A DNA stretch of 55,459 nucleotides, taken from the NCBI RefSeq assembly GCF_006345805.1, contig NW_021833732.1, forward strand, positions 1 through 55,459, written 5' to 3'. The notes under the pieces are model-generated. The model did no database searches, had not been told where the DNA came from, and saw only the letters and a list, made by a program, of their open reading frames with translations. Source of the stretch: Octopus sinensis. Taxonomy: Eukaryota. The translations under genes were made by a program, and so were the position numbers. Shown here one piece after another: positions 1 to 11,407 of this stretch. Within the stretch, counting starts at the first letter, position 1, and the number at the start of each line of letters is the position of its first letter.

Positions 1-26
1 ACGTTTAATTGGCTTCTTGTTTTTCT

Positions 27-228
27 GGCCGGGTGAAATGCTTAGCTGTATTTCGTCTACCATTACGTTCTGAGTTCAAATTCCGCCGAGGACGACTTTG
101 CCTTTCATCCTTTCGAGATCGATAAATAAGGTACCAGTTACGCACTGGGGTCGATGTAATCGACTTAATCCCTTTGTCTGTCCTTGTTTGTCCTCTCTGT
201 GTTTAGCTCCTTGTGGGCAATAAAGAAA
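27..228 (+). mobile_element. SINE family A, 5'-truncated, tail type 1
   Basis: B-box GTTCAAATTCC, body ...GGGGTCGATGTAATCGACTT..., tail GTGTTTAGCTCCTTGTGGGCAATAAAGAAA; matches many other copies in the window. Confidence 0.85.
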
Positions 229-249
229 AATAAATATACATTTGCCTAT

Positions 250-261
250 AATATATATATG

Positions 262-339
<78 letters not shown>
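250..339. repeat. (TA)n microsatellite
   Basis: Near-perfect TA run; dozens of similar TA/GT/ACAT runs throughout the window are not listed individually. Confidence 0.95.
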
Positions 340-342
<3 letters not shown>

Positions 343-506
343 TGTGTGTGTGGGTGTGTGTTGTATGTATGTATGTATGTAGTATGTATGAATGTATGTA
401 TGTATATCTATATATATGTATATATATGTATGTATATGTATATTGTTTTGTGTGTATATATATATATATATACATGTATATATATGTACATATATATAAT
501 GTATAT

Positions 507-581
507 GGTGTCTTCTACTATAGCCTCCGGCTGACCAAAGCCTTGTGAGTGGATTTGGTAGAGGGAAACTGAAAGAAGCCC

Positions 582-582
<1 letters not shown>
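507..582 (+). mobile_element. SINE family B internal fragment
   Basis: GTGTCTTCTACTATAGCCTC...GGAAACTGAAAGAAGCCC matches the copy at 20826-21230. Confidence 0.75.
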
Positions 583-655
<73 letters not shown>

Positions 656-720
656 GAGGAGGAGGAGGAGGAGGAGAGAGGCGAGAGAGAGAGACAGATA
701 GAGTAAGATTGCCTGCTGAG

Positions 721-961
721 ACCCTCTTCGGTCATGACTGACCGTGAGATTGCACCTAGAAAGTTACCCTCCCAGGCACACGTTTGGTGAAAGGCCGATA
801 CAACTTGGCACCAGTGATGTCGCGACTCATTTCTACAGCTGAGTGAACTGGAGCAACGTGAAATAAAGTGTCTTGCTCAAGAACACAACACGCAGCTCGG
901 TCCGGGATTCGAGCTCACTGCGTCGCGATCGTAAGCTCGACGCGCTAACCACTGAGCCATG
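721..961 (-). mobile_element. tRNA-headed SINE family C, internally deleted
   Basis: Minus-strand head TGGCTCAGTGGTTAGCGCG (A-box) ... CTCGAATCCC (B-box-like); body is the reverse complement of 3322-3604. Confidence 0.8.
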
Positions 962-1588
962 TACTTTCACAGATAGATAAGATAGATTGATATAGGAGGG
1001 GCTTCTTATATATAAATGATGGTGAAAAATAGCATTTGCAATTGCTAGAAATAAGATGTAAAACTGAACTCGAAGAGCCACATGGAACAAACCTCGTGAA
1101 ACATTCTTTCTTTGGCGAGATAAACTCACAGAACGAAGCTGTTTGATAAAACCTTAATGCGATCTCTAACAGTTCGACTTGTTCCTTTCCGAACATCACC
1201 TGGTAAACCGAGCCTAGTTTTATTTGGAATATTCACTTTCTGAATTATTATTTTTTAAATATGAAATGAAAGTTATGATTTGTTTAGAAACCTTTGTGAA
1301 TGACACGTGCGAAAGCGGTTGCTTCAAGCTCATGGTTTTTTAATTCATTTCTGTTTCTCGTGGTGATATTTATTATAAAAACGTCATAAACGCCATAAGG
1401 TCCAAAATATGAAATTATTTTGCTGTTTAAGCAATATTCCAAAATAATAGCTTTAAGTAATACCCTTAATTAATATTTATAAAAATAATGAGTGTCTGGG
1501 GACATATAGAAAGAGGGCGGAGAAAGATGTACGATTGCATTAGAGACCGACTCTTTGTGATAAACACAAACAACAACAAGAACAATAT

Positions 1589-1735
1589 ATTTCTTTACTA
1601 CCCACATGGGGCTAAACACAGAGAGTACAAACAAGGACAGACAAAGGGATTAAGTTGATTACATCGACCCCAGTGCATAACTGGTATTTACTAAATCGAC
1701 CCCGAAGGGATGAAAGGCAAAGTCAACCTCGGCGG
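1589..1735 (-). mobile_element. SINE family A, 3' half
   Basis: Reverse complement of the A body and tail 1. Confidence 0.8.
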
Positions 1736-2098
1736 ACAACATCAACAACAACAACAATAGACATAAATAAGGAACATTTCTGGGGTTGTTACTCTGCTAG
1801 AAAAGGCCGCTAAATGCCCCTTAAGTCATTTTATGTCTGTTTTCTTTTGAAAGAAGTTTATCTTATAACAATGGGAAGCAGGCATGATCTAATGTAGTCT
1901 AAGATGCACAATACGTGGAAATGAAGTTGGGATGGTGATGGCTTGAAAGTCTTTCATAATTTCTGTATACGGTCATAATTCGCTCCATGCTAAACAACAG
2001 CAAACATGGACAACTGATGACAGCAGTATAATCTTCGGTTAATTGGTGGTGGTTGTAGAGGTGATGTTAACAGTGGCGGTGGTAGTTGTGGTAAGAAA

Positions 2099-2332
2099 AG
2101 GTGGCGAGCTGGCAGAAACGTTAGCGCGCCGGGCGAAATGCTGTATCGGTATTTCGTCTGCCGTTACGTTCTGAGTTCAAATTCCGCCGAGGTCGACTTT
2201 GCCTTTCATCCTTTCGGGGTCGATTAAATAAGTACCAGTTACGTACTGGGGTCGATATAATCGACCTAATCCGTTTGTCTGTCCTAGTTTGTCCTCTCTG
2301 TGTTTAGCCCCATTGTGGGTAGTAAAGAAATA
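2099..2332 (+). mobile_element. SINE family A, full length
   Basis: tRNA-like head GGCGAGCTGGCAGAAACGTTAG...GTTCAAATTCCGCCGAGG, tail ending GTAGTAAAGAAATA. Confidence 0.9.
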
Positions 2333-2576
2333 GGTAGTTGTGGCAGGATGGGTGAGCGGTACTTGGTCTGTGGTTCACACTATCTCACCTGGTCCTCGAC
2401 CGACTGCTTAGATCTGTTGGTCACGCAGGCACACTCATAGACACAAATAGCTGTATTTGTTGGTGTGTCTGTGTGTCTGTGGGTTGACGGCTGTGTGGCT
2501 TTTTTTTTTATTTTACCCAACATATTGTATGCACTATGCGAATATATTTTAAAGTACTTTATAATTGTTACTCTGC

Positions 2577-2608
<32 letters not shown>

Positions 2609-2654
2609 GACGGACGGATCGTGGACGGAAGGACGGACAGACAGACAGACAGAT

Positions 2655-2685
<31 letters not shown>

Positions 2686-2786
2686 AGCATATATACATAA
2701 GTGTAACTACATATACATACAAATACATACATATATGTAACGCCATACGTTCATATATATATATATATGTATATAAATATATAAAA

Positions 2787-2991
2787 ATGTGACCTCGTGT
2801 GTACAGTTGGCGATTTTTTTCCTCTGTCTTCCCTTCTCTGGAGCTTTCCTTCTCATATGTTTCCGACGAAGAGCTCCGCTCGAATCGTTAAACCCTCCTT
2901 CTTTCCTTCTTTCCTGAGCGTCCAATAATACTATATTTGTTCTACGTCCTCGCGTTGTTGTGTTTTTTTGCGTTTTCTTGTTTGGATTAAC
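2787..2991 (+). mobile_element. Solo Penelope-terminus-like element carrying a hammerhead motif
   Basis: Homologous to 51607-51768 (minus) and, around TTTCCTGAGCG, to the Penelope terminus at 35651-35790. Confidence 0.65.
2859..2893 (+). ncRNA. Minimal type I hammerhead ribozyme motif (mutated core)
   Basis: GTTT-CCGACGA-A-GAGC(TCC)GCTC-GAAT-CGTT-AAAC; stems I and II pair; core has U4>C and GAAA>GAAU changes. Confidence 0.6.
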
Positions 2992-3029
2992 TATATATAT
3001 ATATATATATATATACATATATATTTCTT

Positions 3030-3260
3030 TTTTCTTTATTGCTCACAATGGGCTAAACATAGAGGGAACAAACAAGGACAGACAAAGGGACTAAGTCGAT
3101 TACATCGCCTCCAGTGCGAAACTGGTAATTTATTTATCGACTCCGAAAGGATGAAAGGCAAAGTCAACCTCGGCGGAATGTGAACTCAGAACGTAACGAC
3201 AGACGAAATACCGCTAAGCATTTCGCCCGGTGTTCTAACGTGTCTGCCAGCTCGCCGCCT
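3030..3260 (-). mobile_element. SINE family A, full length
   Basis: Reverse complement of 2099-2332. Confidence 0.9.
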
Positions 3261-3271
3261 TTTATATATAC

Positions 3272-3321
<50 letters not shown>

Positions 3322-3324
<3 letters not shown>

Positions 3325-3601
3325 TCCCGGATCGGGCTGCGTGTTGTGTTCTTGAGCAAGGCACTTTATTTCACGTTGCTCCAGTTCACTCAGCTGTAGA
3401 AATGAGTTGCGACGTCACTGGTGCCAAGCTGTATCGACCTTTGTCTTTCTCTTGGATAACACTGGTGGCGTGGAGAGGGGAGGCTGGTATGCATGGGCGA
3501 CTGCTGGTCTTCCATAAACAACCTTGCCCGGACTTGTGTCTAGGAGGGTAACTTTCTAGGTGCAATCCCATGGTCATTCATGACCGAAGGGGGTCTTTAC
3601 C

Positions 3602-3604
<3 letters not shown>
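3322..3604 (+). mobile_element. SINE family C, 5'-truncated
   Basis: Starts in the B-box region GAATCCCGG; tail hairpin GGTCA-TTCA-TGACC. Confidence 0.8.
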
Positions 3605-3656
<52 letters not shown>

Positions 3657-3677
3657 TCTATATATATACATACATAC

Positions 3678-3751
<74 letters not shown>

Positions 3752-4264
3752 CCTGCGCTCACTTCACATTCTCTGAGTCACTCCATACCCACTCAAGTAA
3801 ATGCTGCTGATTAAGAAACAAGTTAATAAGTTTTGAAACGAATTCTTCATTCTTTCTTGCCTTTTACATATTCCTTAAATTCTTCGTAAACCTAATTAAG
3901 GAAATGAAGAAGATTCGTTAATCCGCTAATGTTATTACTTTCATTAGACCAAATGCCTTCGATTTCTTCTTCGACTTCTTTTCTTCCTTCGTCATGGCAT
4001 TTTTGGTTTTCGGTAAATACTGGAACTTTGATAAATAATATAATCCATGTTAGAGGAAGATTAAGGAAAATCCAAGAATTACAATCTTGGTCTATTTAAT
4101 TCAAATTTTAATAAGTCTTAGATGTGGGAGTAGGCATAAACACTCGGTCTCTAATACAAACATACATCTCCCTCTCTTTCTCGTTCCTCCTCTAGCTACA
4201 CACACACACACAGAGGCACAAACACACAAACACATACACATACATATGTACAAACTAACAAATA

Positions 4265-4314
<50 letters not shown>

Positions 4315-4382
4315 CATGTGCATACGTTTGCTGTGCATGTGTATGTTTATTCATATACATACATCTATTATTATTATTATTA

Positions 4383-4433
<51 letters not shown>

Positions 4434-4439
4434 TGCTAA

Positions 4440-5190
4440 TCGTACTATATTATTGTCTCATGTCAGACAAACTACCAATCTGGTTTCGTACCAAACGTGC
4501 AGAACCAACTCCAACAATCTTCAGAAATATTTGAAAGGAAATGTTTGGCGTAGGCTCTTCTGCATTGGATACCTCAACGTGCCACATCAGGTTTATGGGT
4601 CATAAGGCTGTTGGGAAGAAATGAGAATTGAATTAATGGACAAAATCACTCAGATGAAACCCAAGCATCAGAGTCACTTGAACTAGGACCAAAATTATCT
4701 ACTCAGTTTTAAAATCGTCTGGTGATGTACATGCATGTATGAGTACAAGCTTCTATATGCCATATTTGGCTGTAGGATTGAGACAGGCCTGTTATTTCTT
4801 CATAATGTGGTGGAGTACTAAGAGATAGGAGCCAACTTTTGCATTTATGATGCACCTAACCGGTTTGCTGATCTATATCTGCGCTCATGAGAGCAGAGGC
4901 AAAACTCCCCGCTTATAAAATTTTGGTAAGTACCTGGATGACGGTAGGTCCAGGGAAGCAGGTACTACTTCGCCTGTTGTTGTTAAAGTAAGCCTTTTAC
5001 TTTTCCAGTATCCTGCAGATGATGTCGCAATACGCAACATTTTCCTTCAATGTCCATACATGTCCCGTTAGAGTTATGACATTAAGCCTCACATTGGTGA
5101 GAGCTTGAGGCTGTTGAACATAGTTCTAAAGGGAAATTTAGTCGTACCTAAATATTTCTGTATGGCCATCACATCAAGGGTCCACTATAT
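4440..5190 (-). pseudogene. Highly degenerate R4/Dong-like RLE-LINE 3' part (CCHC region to end)
   Basis: Broken-frame peptides SAGYWKSKRL, TGEVVPASLDLPSSRYL, FCLC, QKLAPI, AKYGI, SPDDFKTE-IIL occur in the expected order; ends at a (TAA)n tract on the minus strand (4365-4435). Confidence 0.45.
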
Positions 5191-6239
5191 TATGAGACTA
5201 CAATAATAGGTGTGTGCGTGTGTGTGTGTGTATATTTGTGTCTATGTTTGTCTCCCAACACTGGTTGTCGAGCACACCTTCACCTCTTGAGAACAGGTAT
5301 TGGTGTGTTTATGTAACTAATCGTAACTAGGCGGTTCGGCAAAAGATGTCAATACAATAAATACCATGTTTAAAAAAAAAATAGGGACTAAAATTTTTTC
5401 AAAGCATGACCGCAGTCTAATGTTGAAATAAGTAAAATTGCTCATGGTCTAGCATGATGTTGATGGCTTCAATTACAACGTTAGGAACGATCTCCTGTCT
5501 TGGTAAAGAGGCAATATGGTAAATATATCCTATTGACAGTCTAACACAGGCTAAATACTAGCAGACGGGTACAGACTGATCACTGTAGACTGATAGGAGG
5601 ATAGAAAAGGACAAGAATAGAAAGATACTGACCTTAGCATTATTTTTGAAACGAGAGACAGAGTAGACATCACACCGCAAATAATAATAATTTTAGCTTG
5701 TGCTAGAAATCAGCTATTTTTTTTAGTAAAATACGAGTTGGTAGCGTATTGACAGAACTGGTGGAGCATCAGACGAAAATATATTGTAGTTTTTTTATGT
5801 TGCTTTACGTTCTGAGTTCAAATTCTGCTGAGGTTGACCTCAAATAAATTACCAGCTATATATGGGTGGGGGATCTCATTGAGTATACTCCTTCCTCTCT
5901 TTCAACGTCTCTTATGTCTAGTAGGCATTATTTCTGAGAAAGAAAAATTTGGAGAGGCAGGAATGGTAAAACATTGGATTAATTGATTTGTCATTTTACA
6001 TTCTGAGTTCAAATCCCAGTATGGTCACTTTGTTTTTCCTTTGATTCTTGGTAGAAGCACAGTGTAGCGCGTAACGAGACCGAACCCAAAACTATGGTGG
6101 TTTGAAAAGGAACGTTTTAATCACACAAACATCCCTTGTACCGATTGAAAACTACCATCAGCCACTTTGTAATTAATTTCTATTTCACTCCATTGTCCAC
6201 TCTGGACAGCTTGACCATATGGTCTTTGTGGTAGAGTTA

Positions 6240-6900
6240 TGATCACAATCAATTTGTGTTTCGCAGATAGGGACAGGATGAAGGAGTCAATATCCTTACT
6301 GGAAGATTATATTTCACTGATAAAGAGAGTTTGGTTTTATAACCAGATAAAAAGTAATCCCTCCATTTTACCAATTTCAGTTTTCTTTCCACTTCAATAA
6401 AATTGATAACGTCCCTGGATAAAGCCATAAACATGACTAATTCTCATTAATTATTCAAAGTTCACTCCTTTTATCGCTGGAAAAAGGCTAATATTCCATT
6501 GAAATAATATTTCTGGTGCTTGTTCATATTTCGTATTTCGAAGAATAGTTGAAAATTTGACAAATTTACTCTCATGGGAGTTTCGCCAAATTCTTTAAAA
6601 TATATCTACTGGTAAATCAAGTTTCTCTGTCTGTAATGCACCAGACTCCATTTTCTGTATATTTCACATCACTAATTAAAGTGTCTATTTTCAACAAGAC
6701 GCGTAAACCATGTTTGTAACTCTTAACACATCCTTTAATCCGCTTCCAGACACTATTGATTCCAACGTGGTTTCCCAAACCTGTTTTCTTCTGTTGATAA
6801 TCACGAGAATTAAGCCTGCGATTATAAACTGACCAAGAGATTAAAATACTTGTCAGATTATATAATCATCCAGTAGATAATTCGACTCTTGTAATCCTCT
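6240..6900 (-). pseudogene. Degenerate RTE-like reverse transcriptase remnant
   Basis: Frameshifted IQKMESG..LPVDIF/KEFGE..GILAFF/KG..; VKYNLP resembles RTE RT N-terminal motifs. Confidence 0.3.
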
Positions 6901-7099
6901 ATTTATCTGTCAAATACAAATTGATTCCAGTTACAGCTATTCACCAAAGGCCGAATGGTCAAACTGACCAGAAACATACAAATGTTCTACAATAAGAAAA
7001 ATAAACAAATATTATCAAACCAACACTAAACAACATACTGTATAACTATAATACGAGTGAATACATGTGCGTGAATATAGACATGAATGTATGTATGTA

Positions 7100-7522
7100 T
7101 ATTCTTTTATTCTTTTACTTGTTTCAGTCATTTGACTGCGGCCATGCTGGAGCACCGCCTTTAGTCGAGCAAATCGACCCCAGGACTTATTCTTTTGCAA
7201 GCCTAGTACTTATTCTATCGGTCTCTATTGCCGAATCGCTAAGTTACGGGTACGTAAACACACCGGCATCGGTTGTCAAGCGATGTTGGGGGGTACAAAC
7301 ACAGACACACTAACACAGACACACAAACATATACACACGCATGCATATATACATATATACGTCGGGCTTCTTTCAGTTTCCGGCTACCAAATCCACTCCC
7401 AATGCTTTGGTCGGCTCGTGGCTATAGTAGAAGACACTTGCCCAAGGTGCCGCGCAGTGGGACTGAACCCGGAACCATGTGGTTGGTAAGCAAGCTACTT
7501 ACCACATAGCCACTCCTGTGCC
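7100..7522 (-). mobile_element. tRNA-headed SINE family B, full length
   Basis: Head GGAGTGGCTATGTGGTAAG...GGTTCAGTCCC, central (TA/CA)n linker, tail GGCGGTGCTCCAGCATGGCCGCAGTCAAATGACTGAAACAAGTAAAAG. Confidence 0.9.
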
Positions 7523-8430
7523 TATGCATGTATGTATGTATGTATGTATGTATGTATGTATGTATGTATGTATGTATGTATATTTGGATGGATGTATGAA
7601 TGTATTTTTGTATATTTTGTTAAAATATGAATATCTATATATTTATACACGAATATTCATCGTCTAAAAATTTTCAGTCTTCTCTAAGTTATGGACGCTT
7701 TTAACAGAAGTTATTCCACTGGTGTTCTCCGAAGACGACATTCATCGTTAACATATTCACCTGCGAAACTGCCGGAACAAGTTAAGAATGAAGTAGATCA
7801 TAGACATTTCTATTAGGTTTTCTAATAATGGTTTCTCTGAGATATAAAGAAGAAGCCTAGAGATCACAAGATTCTATGCATTCTCTTCTGCCGTGCAGAC
7901 GGTGTAATCTCTTAAATGATCAACGTAATGTGGCACCTGGGACCTCAATGTGAAGATATATCTCTCCCTCTCTCTTCTCTCTCTTTCTCTCCCCTCTCTC
8001 TTTCTCCCCCTCTCTATCTGTCTCTCTCTCTCTCTTTCTCTCTGTGTTTCTATGATGTTCGCTATGAACTAGTAAAGGAACCAGCAAAATTTAAAGAAAT
8101 AACAGACAAATCCCTCTCAAAATATATACCTATTTGGTTAGCAGCGAAGAAGGCAACACTTGATCATATAGACCTAGGTACACTTGTGTTCGGGTTAAAG
8201 ACGAGACGGTTGGATGTGAAAAATGCTTCATCGTAATTCTATTCTTTTACTGCTTTTCTGGAATTAATAAAAACAGCAACAGCAACAAAAGCAACAATGG
8301 ACAGTTTACGAGACCATCCGTTTTGCTAGAAATAGCAACGAATTCTATATAAAAACTGTATGTGTATGTGTGTGTACACACACACACACACTCACACACA
8401 CACACAAACACACACATACACACACATATA

Positions 8431-8691
8431 TATTCTTTTATTCTTTTGCTCGTTTCAGTTGATTGAGTGCTGCCATGCTGGAGCACCGCCTTTAGTCGAG
8501 CAAATCGACACCAGCACTTATTCTTTGTAAGCCTAGTACTTATTCTATCGGACACTTTTGCTGATCCGCTAATGTTACGGGGACGTAAACACACCAGCAT
8601 CGGTTGTCAAGTGACGATGGCGGTACAAACACACACACAAACATATATACACACATATATATGTATATATGCATATATGTATGTATACACA

Positions 8692-8728
<37 letters not shown>

Positions 8729-8759
8729 ATATATATATTATATTATATATATATATTAT

Positions 8760-8799
<40 letters not shown>

Positions 8800-8960
8800 C
8801 GACGCGTTTCTTTCAGTTTCCGTCTACCAGATCTACTCACAAGGCTTTGGTTGGACCGAGGCTCTAGTAGAAGACACTTGCCCAAGATGTCACGCAGTGG
8901 GACTAATCCTTGAACCATGTGCTTGGTAAGCAAGCTACTTACCACACAGCCACTTCTGCG

Positions 8961-8962
<2 letters not shown>
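8431..8962 (-). mobile_element. SINE family B with expanded internal microsatellite
   Basis: Same head and tail as 7100-7522. Confidence 0.9.
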
Positions 8963-9009
<47 letters not shown>

Positions 9010-9065
9010 TATATATACAGGGAAACCCGGCCCATGAGCCTGACTAGGCTTTAAAAGGGCGCATT

Positions 9066-9116
<51 letters not shown>

Positions 9117-9130
9117 TAATATATATATAT

Positions 9131-9516
9131 ATTCTGTTTATTTGTTTCAGTCATCTGATTGCGGCCATGCTGGAGCACCGCCTTTAGTCGAACAAATCGA
9201 CCTCAGCACTTATTCTTTGTAAGCCTAGTACTTATTCTATCGGTCTCATTTGCTGAACTGCTAAGTTACAGGGACGTAGACATGCCAGCATCGGTTGTCA
9301 AGCGTTAGTAAGGGAACAAATACAGACACACAAATACACACACACGCATACATACGACGGGCTTCTTTTAGTTTCCGTCTACTAAATCCACTCACAAAGC
9401 ACTGCTCGGCCCGAAGTTATCGTAGGAGACACTTGACCAAGGTGCCACGCAGTGGGACTAAACCTGGAAACATGTAGTTGGTAAGCAAACTACTTATCAC
9501 GTAGCCACTCCTGCGT
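9131..9516 (-). mobile_element. SINE family B
   Basis: Same head and tail. Confidence 0.88.
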
Positions 9517-9540
9517 CTTCAGGAAAAAAAAACGAAGAGA

Positions 9541-9622
9541 ATTTGAACTCAGAACGTAACGGCAGACGAAATACGGATAAGTATTTTGCCCGGCGTGCTA
9601 ACGATTCTGCCAGCTCGCCACT
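9541..9622 (-). mobile_element. SINE family A head only
   Basis: Reverse complement of the A tRNA-like head. Confidence 0.8.
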
Positions 9623-9761
9623 TTAATATGTATTTATATTAATGTTTGTTTCTATGTCGAGTTATAAAACAATTTGGCATTAAACTGAAGAATTATTCAA
9701 TAGATTAATGTGAGAACATGTTTATTACGCTTTTATAAGAAGAGGAGAGACAGATAGATAA

Positions 9762-10030
9762 ATTTCTTTATTGGCCACACAGGCTAAACACAGAGGGTAC
9801 AATTACAAGGTAGAGTTTTTTCTTTTCGAGGTGGGGGGGGGCGAAAACAAAGGAAAAAAATAGGGACAACGATCAAAATGGATCGAAATCGTTGGGGATA
9901 TATGCAAAAAAATGTCGAAATAGTACAAAAAGTTCCCAAGAAATGGTGAGGCTTATCTGAGGAAAGAAAAACCTACGAAAATACCACAGTAACCTCGGGC
10001 AATTACGTCACATATTAACATATATTTACA
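9762..10030 (-). mobile_element. Non-LTR 3' UTR-like fragment ending in SINE-A tail 1 (possibly L1/Tx1)
   Basis: Minus strand ends GTGTTTAGCCTGTGTGGCCAATAAAGAAAT preceded by a pyrimidine-rich body unrelated to the SINE-A body. Confidence 0.4.
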
Positions 10031-10137
10031 AGTAAGTAACTCTCTGTATTAAATTTTTTTACGGTTCATAGGATCATGCTCAAGGTGGCTTCGTCAGATA
10101 AGTAGATAGATAGATAGACAGATTGATAGATAGATTC

Positions 10138-10157
10138 ATACATACATACATACATAC

Positions 10158-10188
<31 letters not shown>

Positions 10189-10472
10189 CATACATACATA
10201 CATACATACATACATAATACATACATACATACAAACACAGATGCACGCATACACACATCCCTACATACATACATATATGCACACATACATACATACATAC
10301 ATACACAAATACATACATACATACATACATACATACCTACATACATACATAATACATACATACATACAAACACAGATGCACGCATACACACATTCGTACA
10401 TACATACATACATGCACACATACATACATACATGCATACATACATACATACATACATACATACATACATACA

Positions 10473-10505
<33 letters not shown>
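10138..10505. repeat. (ACAT)n array with internal 135-bp duplication
   Basis: ACAAACACAGATGCACGCATACACACAT at 10231 and 10366. Confidence 0.9.
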
Positions 10506-10506
<1 letters not shown>

Positions 10507-10871
10507 ATTGCATACATACACACCTTCGTGCGATCATGCACACGAGCGTACGCCTGTACATGTGTGTTTGTTTGTACGTAGCATGAAAACAATAATAATT
10601 ATAATTTAGCAACACTGAAATACGATTCACGAAAATTAATTTAATGGTTTCGAAATTGCATCTCCCTCCTCGCCCAGAGCGCACCCACTCACCCACTTTA
10701 GACATCGGAAAATCAAAGAATTGTATTTAACATTTAGAGAGCGCAGAAAACAAACACCTCTCTGTGTATATCTAGTGCGCCTCCACCTTAACCTTCAACA
10801 CGAGCGAATTCGCATAAACATATGTCGTAGTCGTTATTGCGCGCGTGTGTATGTGTGTGTGCGTGTGTGAG

Positions 10872-10907
<36 letters not shown>

Positions 10908-11125
10908 TGCCAGCGTGCGTGTGTATTTGCATGTGTATGTGAGTGCGTTTTCCTAAAATGCCTGAACAGAGTAACAATAGACGAAAATACCCACACGACT
11001 CCGTGTCTTTGTACGTGCGTGTGTGTGTGCGCGTGTGTATGTGTGTCTGTGTGTGTGTGTGCGAGTGTGTATAGATGGAGATGGATATATGAATATGTAA
11101 TATGCATATACATTTATATGTATAA

Positions 11126-11184
<59 letters not shown>

Positions 11185-11342
11185 TATATATAGTTATGCA
11201 TATGTATATTTGCATATATATATAGATATGCATATGTATATATGCATATATATATAAATATACACACGCACACTCACACATATATATATATATACACATA
11301 CACATACATGTGTATGTGTCTATGTACGTATGTATATATACA

Positions 11343-11407
<65 letters not shown>

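Noticed and set aside
184-548. ORFs rich in [16 protein letters not shown], poly-I/L/Y/N/K/F/M here and throughout the track
   Set aside because: They are translations of TA, GT, ATGT, ATAG, AAT, TTC and ATC microsatellites that lack stops in some frames; not evidence of genes.
1130-1199. Minus-strand exon candidate TTACCAG|GTGATG...TTCT|GTGAGT (DVRKGTSRTVRDRIKVLSNSFV or VMFGKEQVELLEIALRFYQTASF)
   Set aside because: Weak pyrimidine tract, two open frames and no recognisable homology.
7693-7818. Short ORF MDAFNRSYSTGVLRRRHSSLTYSPAKLPEQVKNEVDHRHFY
   Set aside because: Only 41 codons; competing splice signals on the other strand; nothing links it to other exons.
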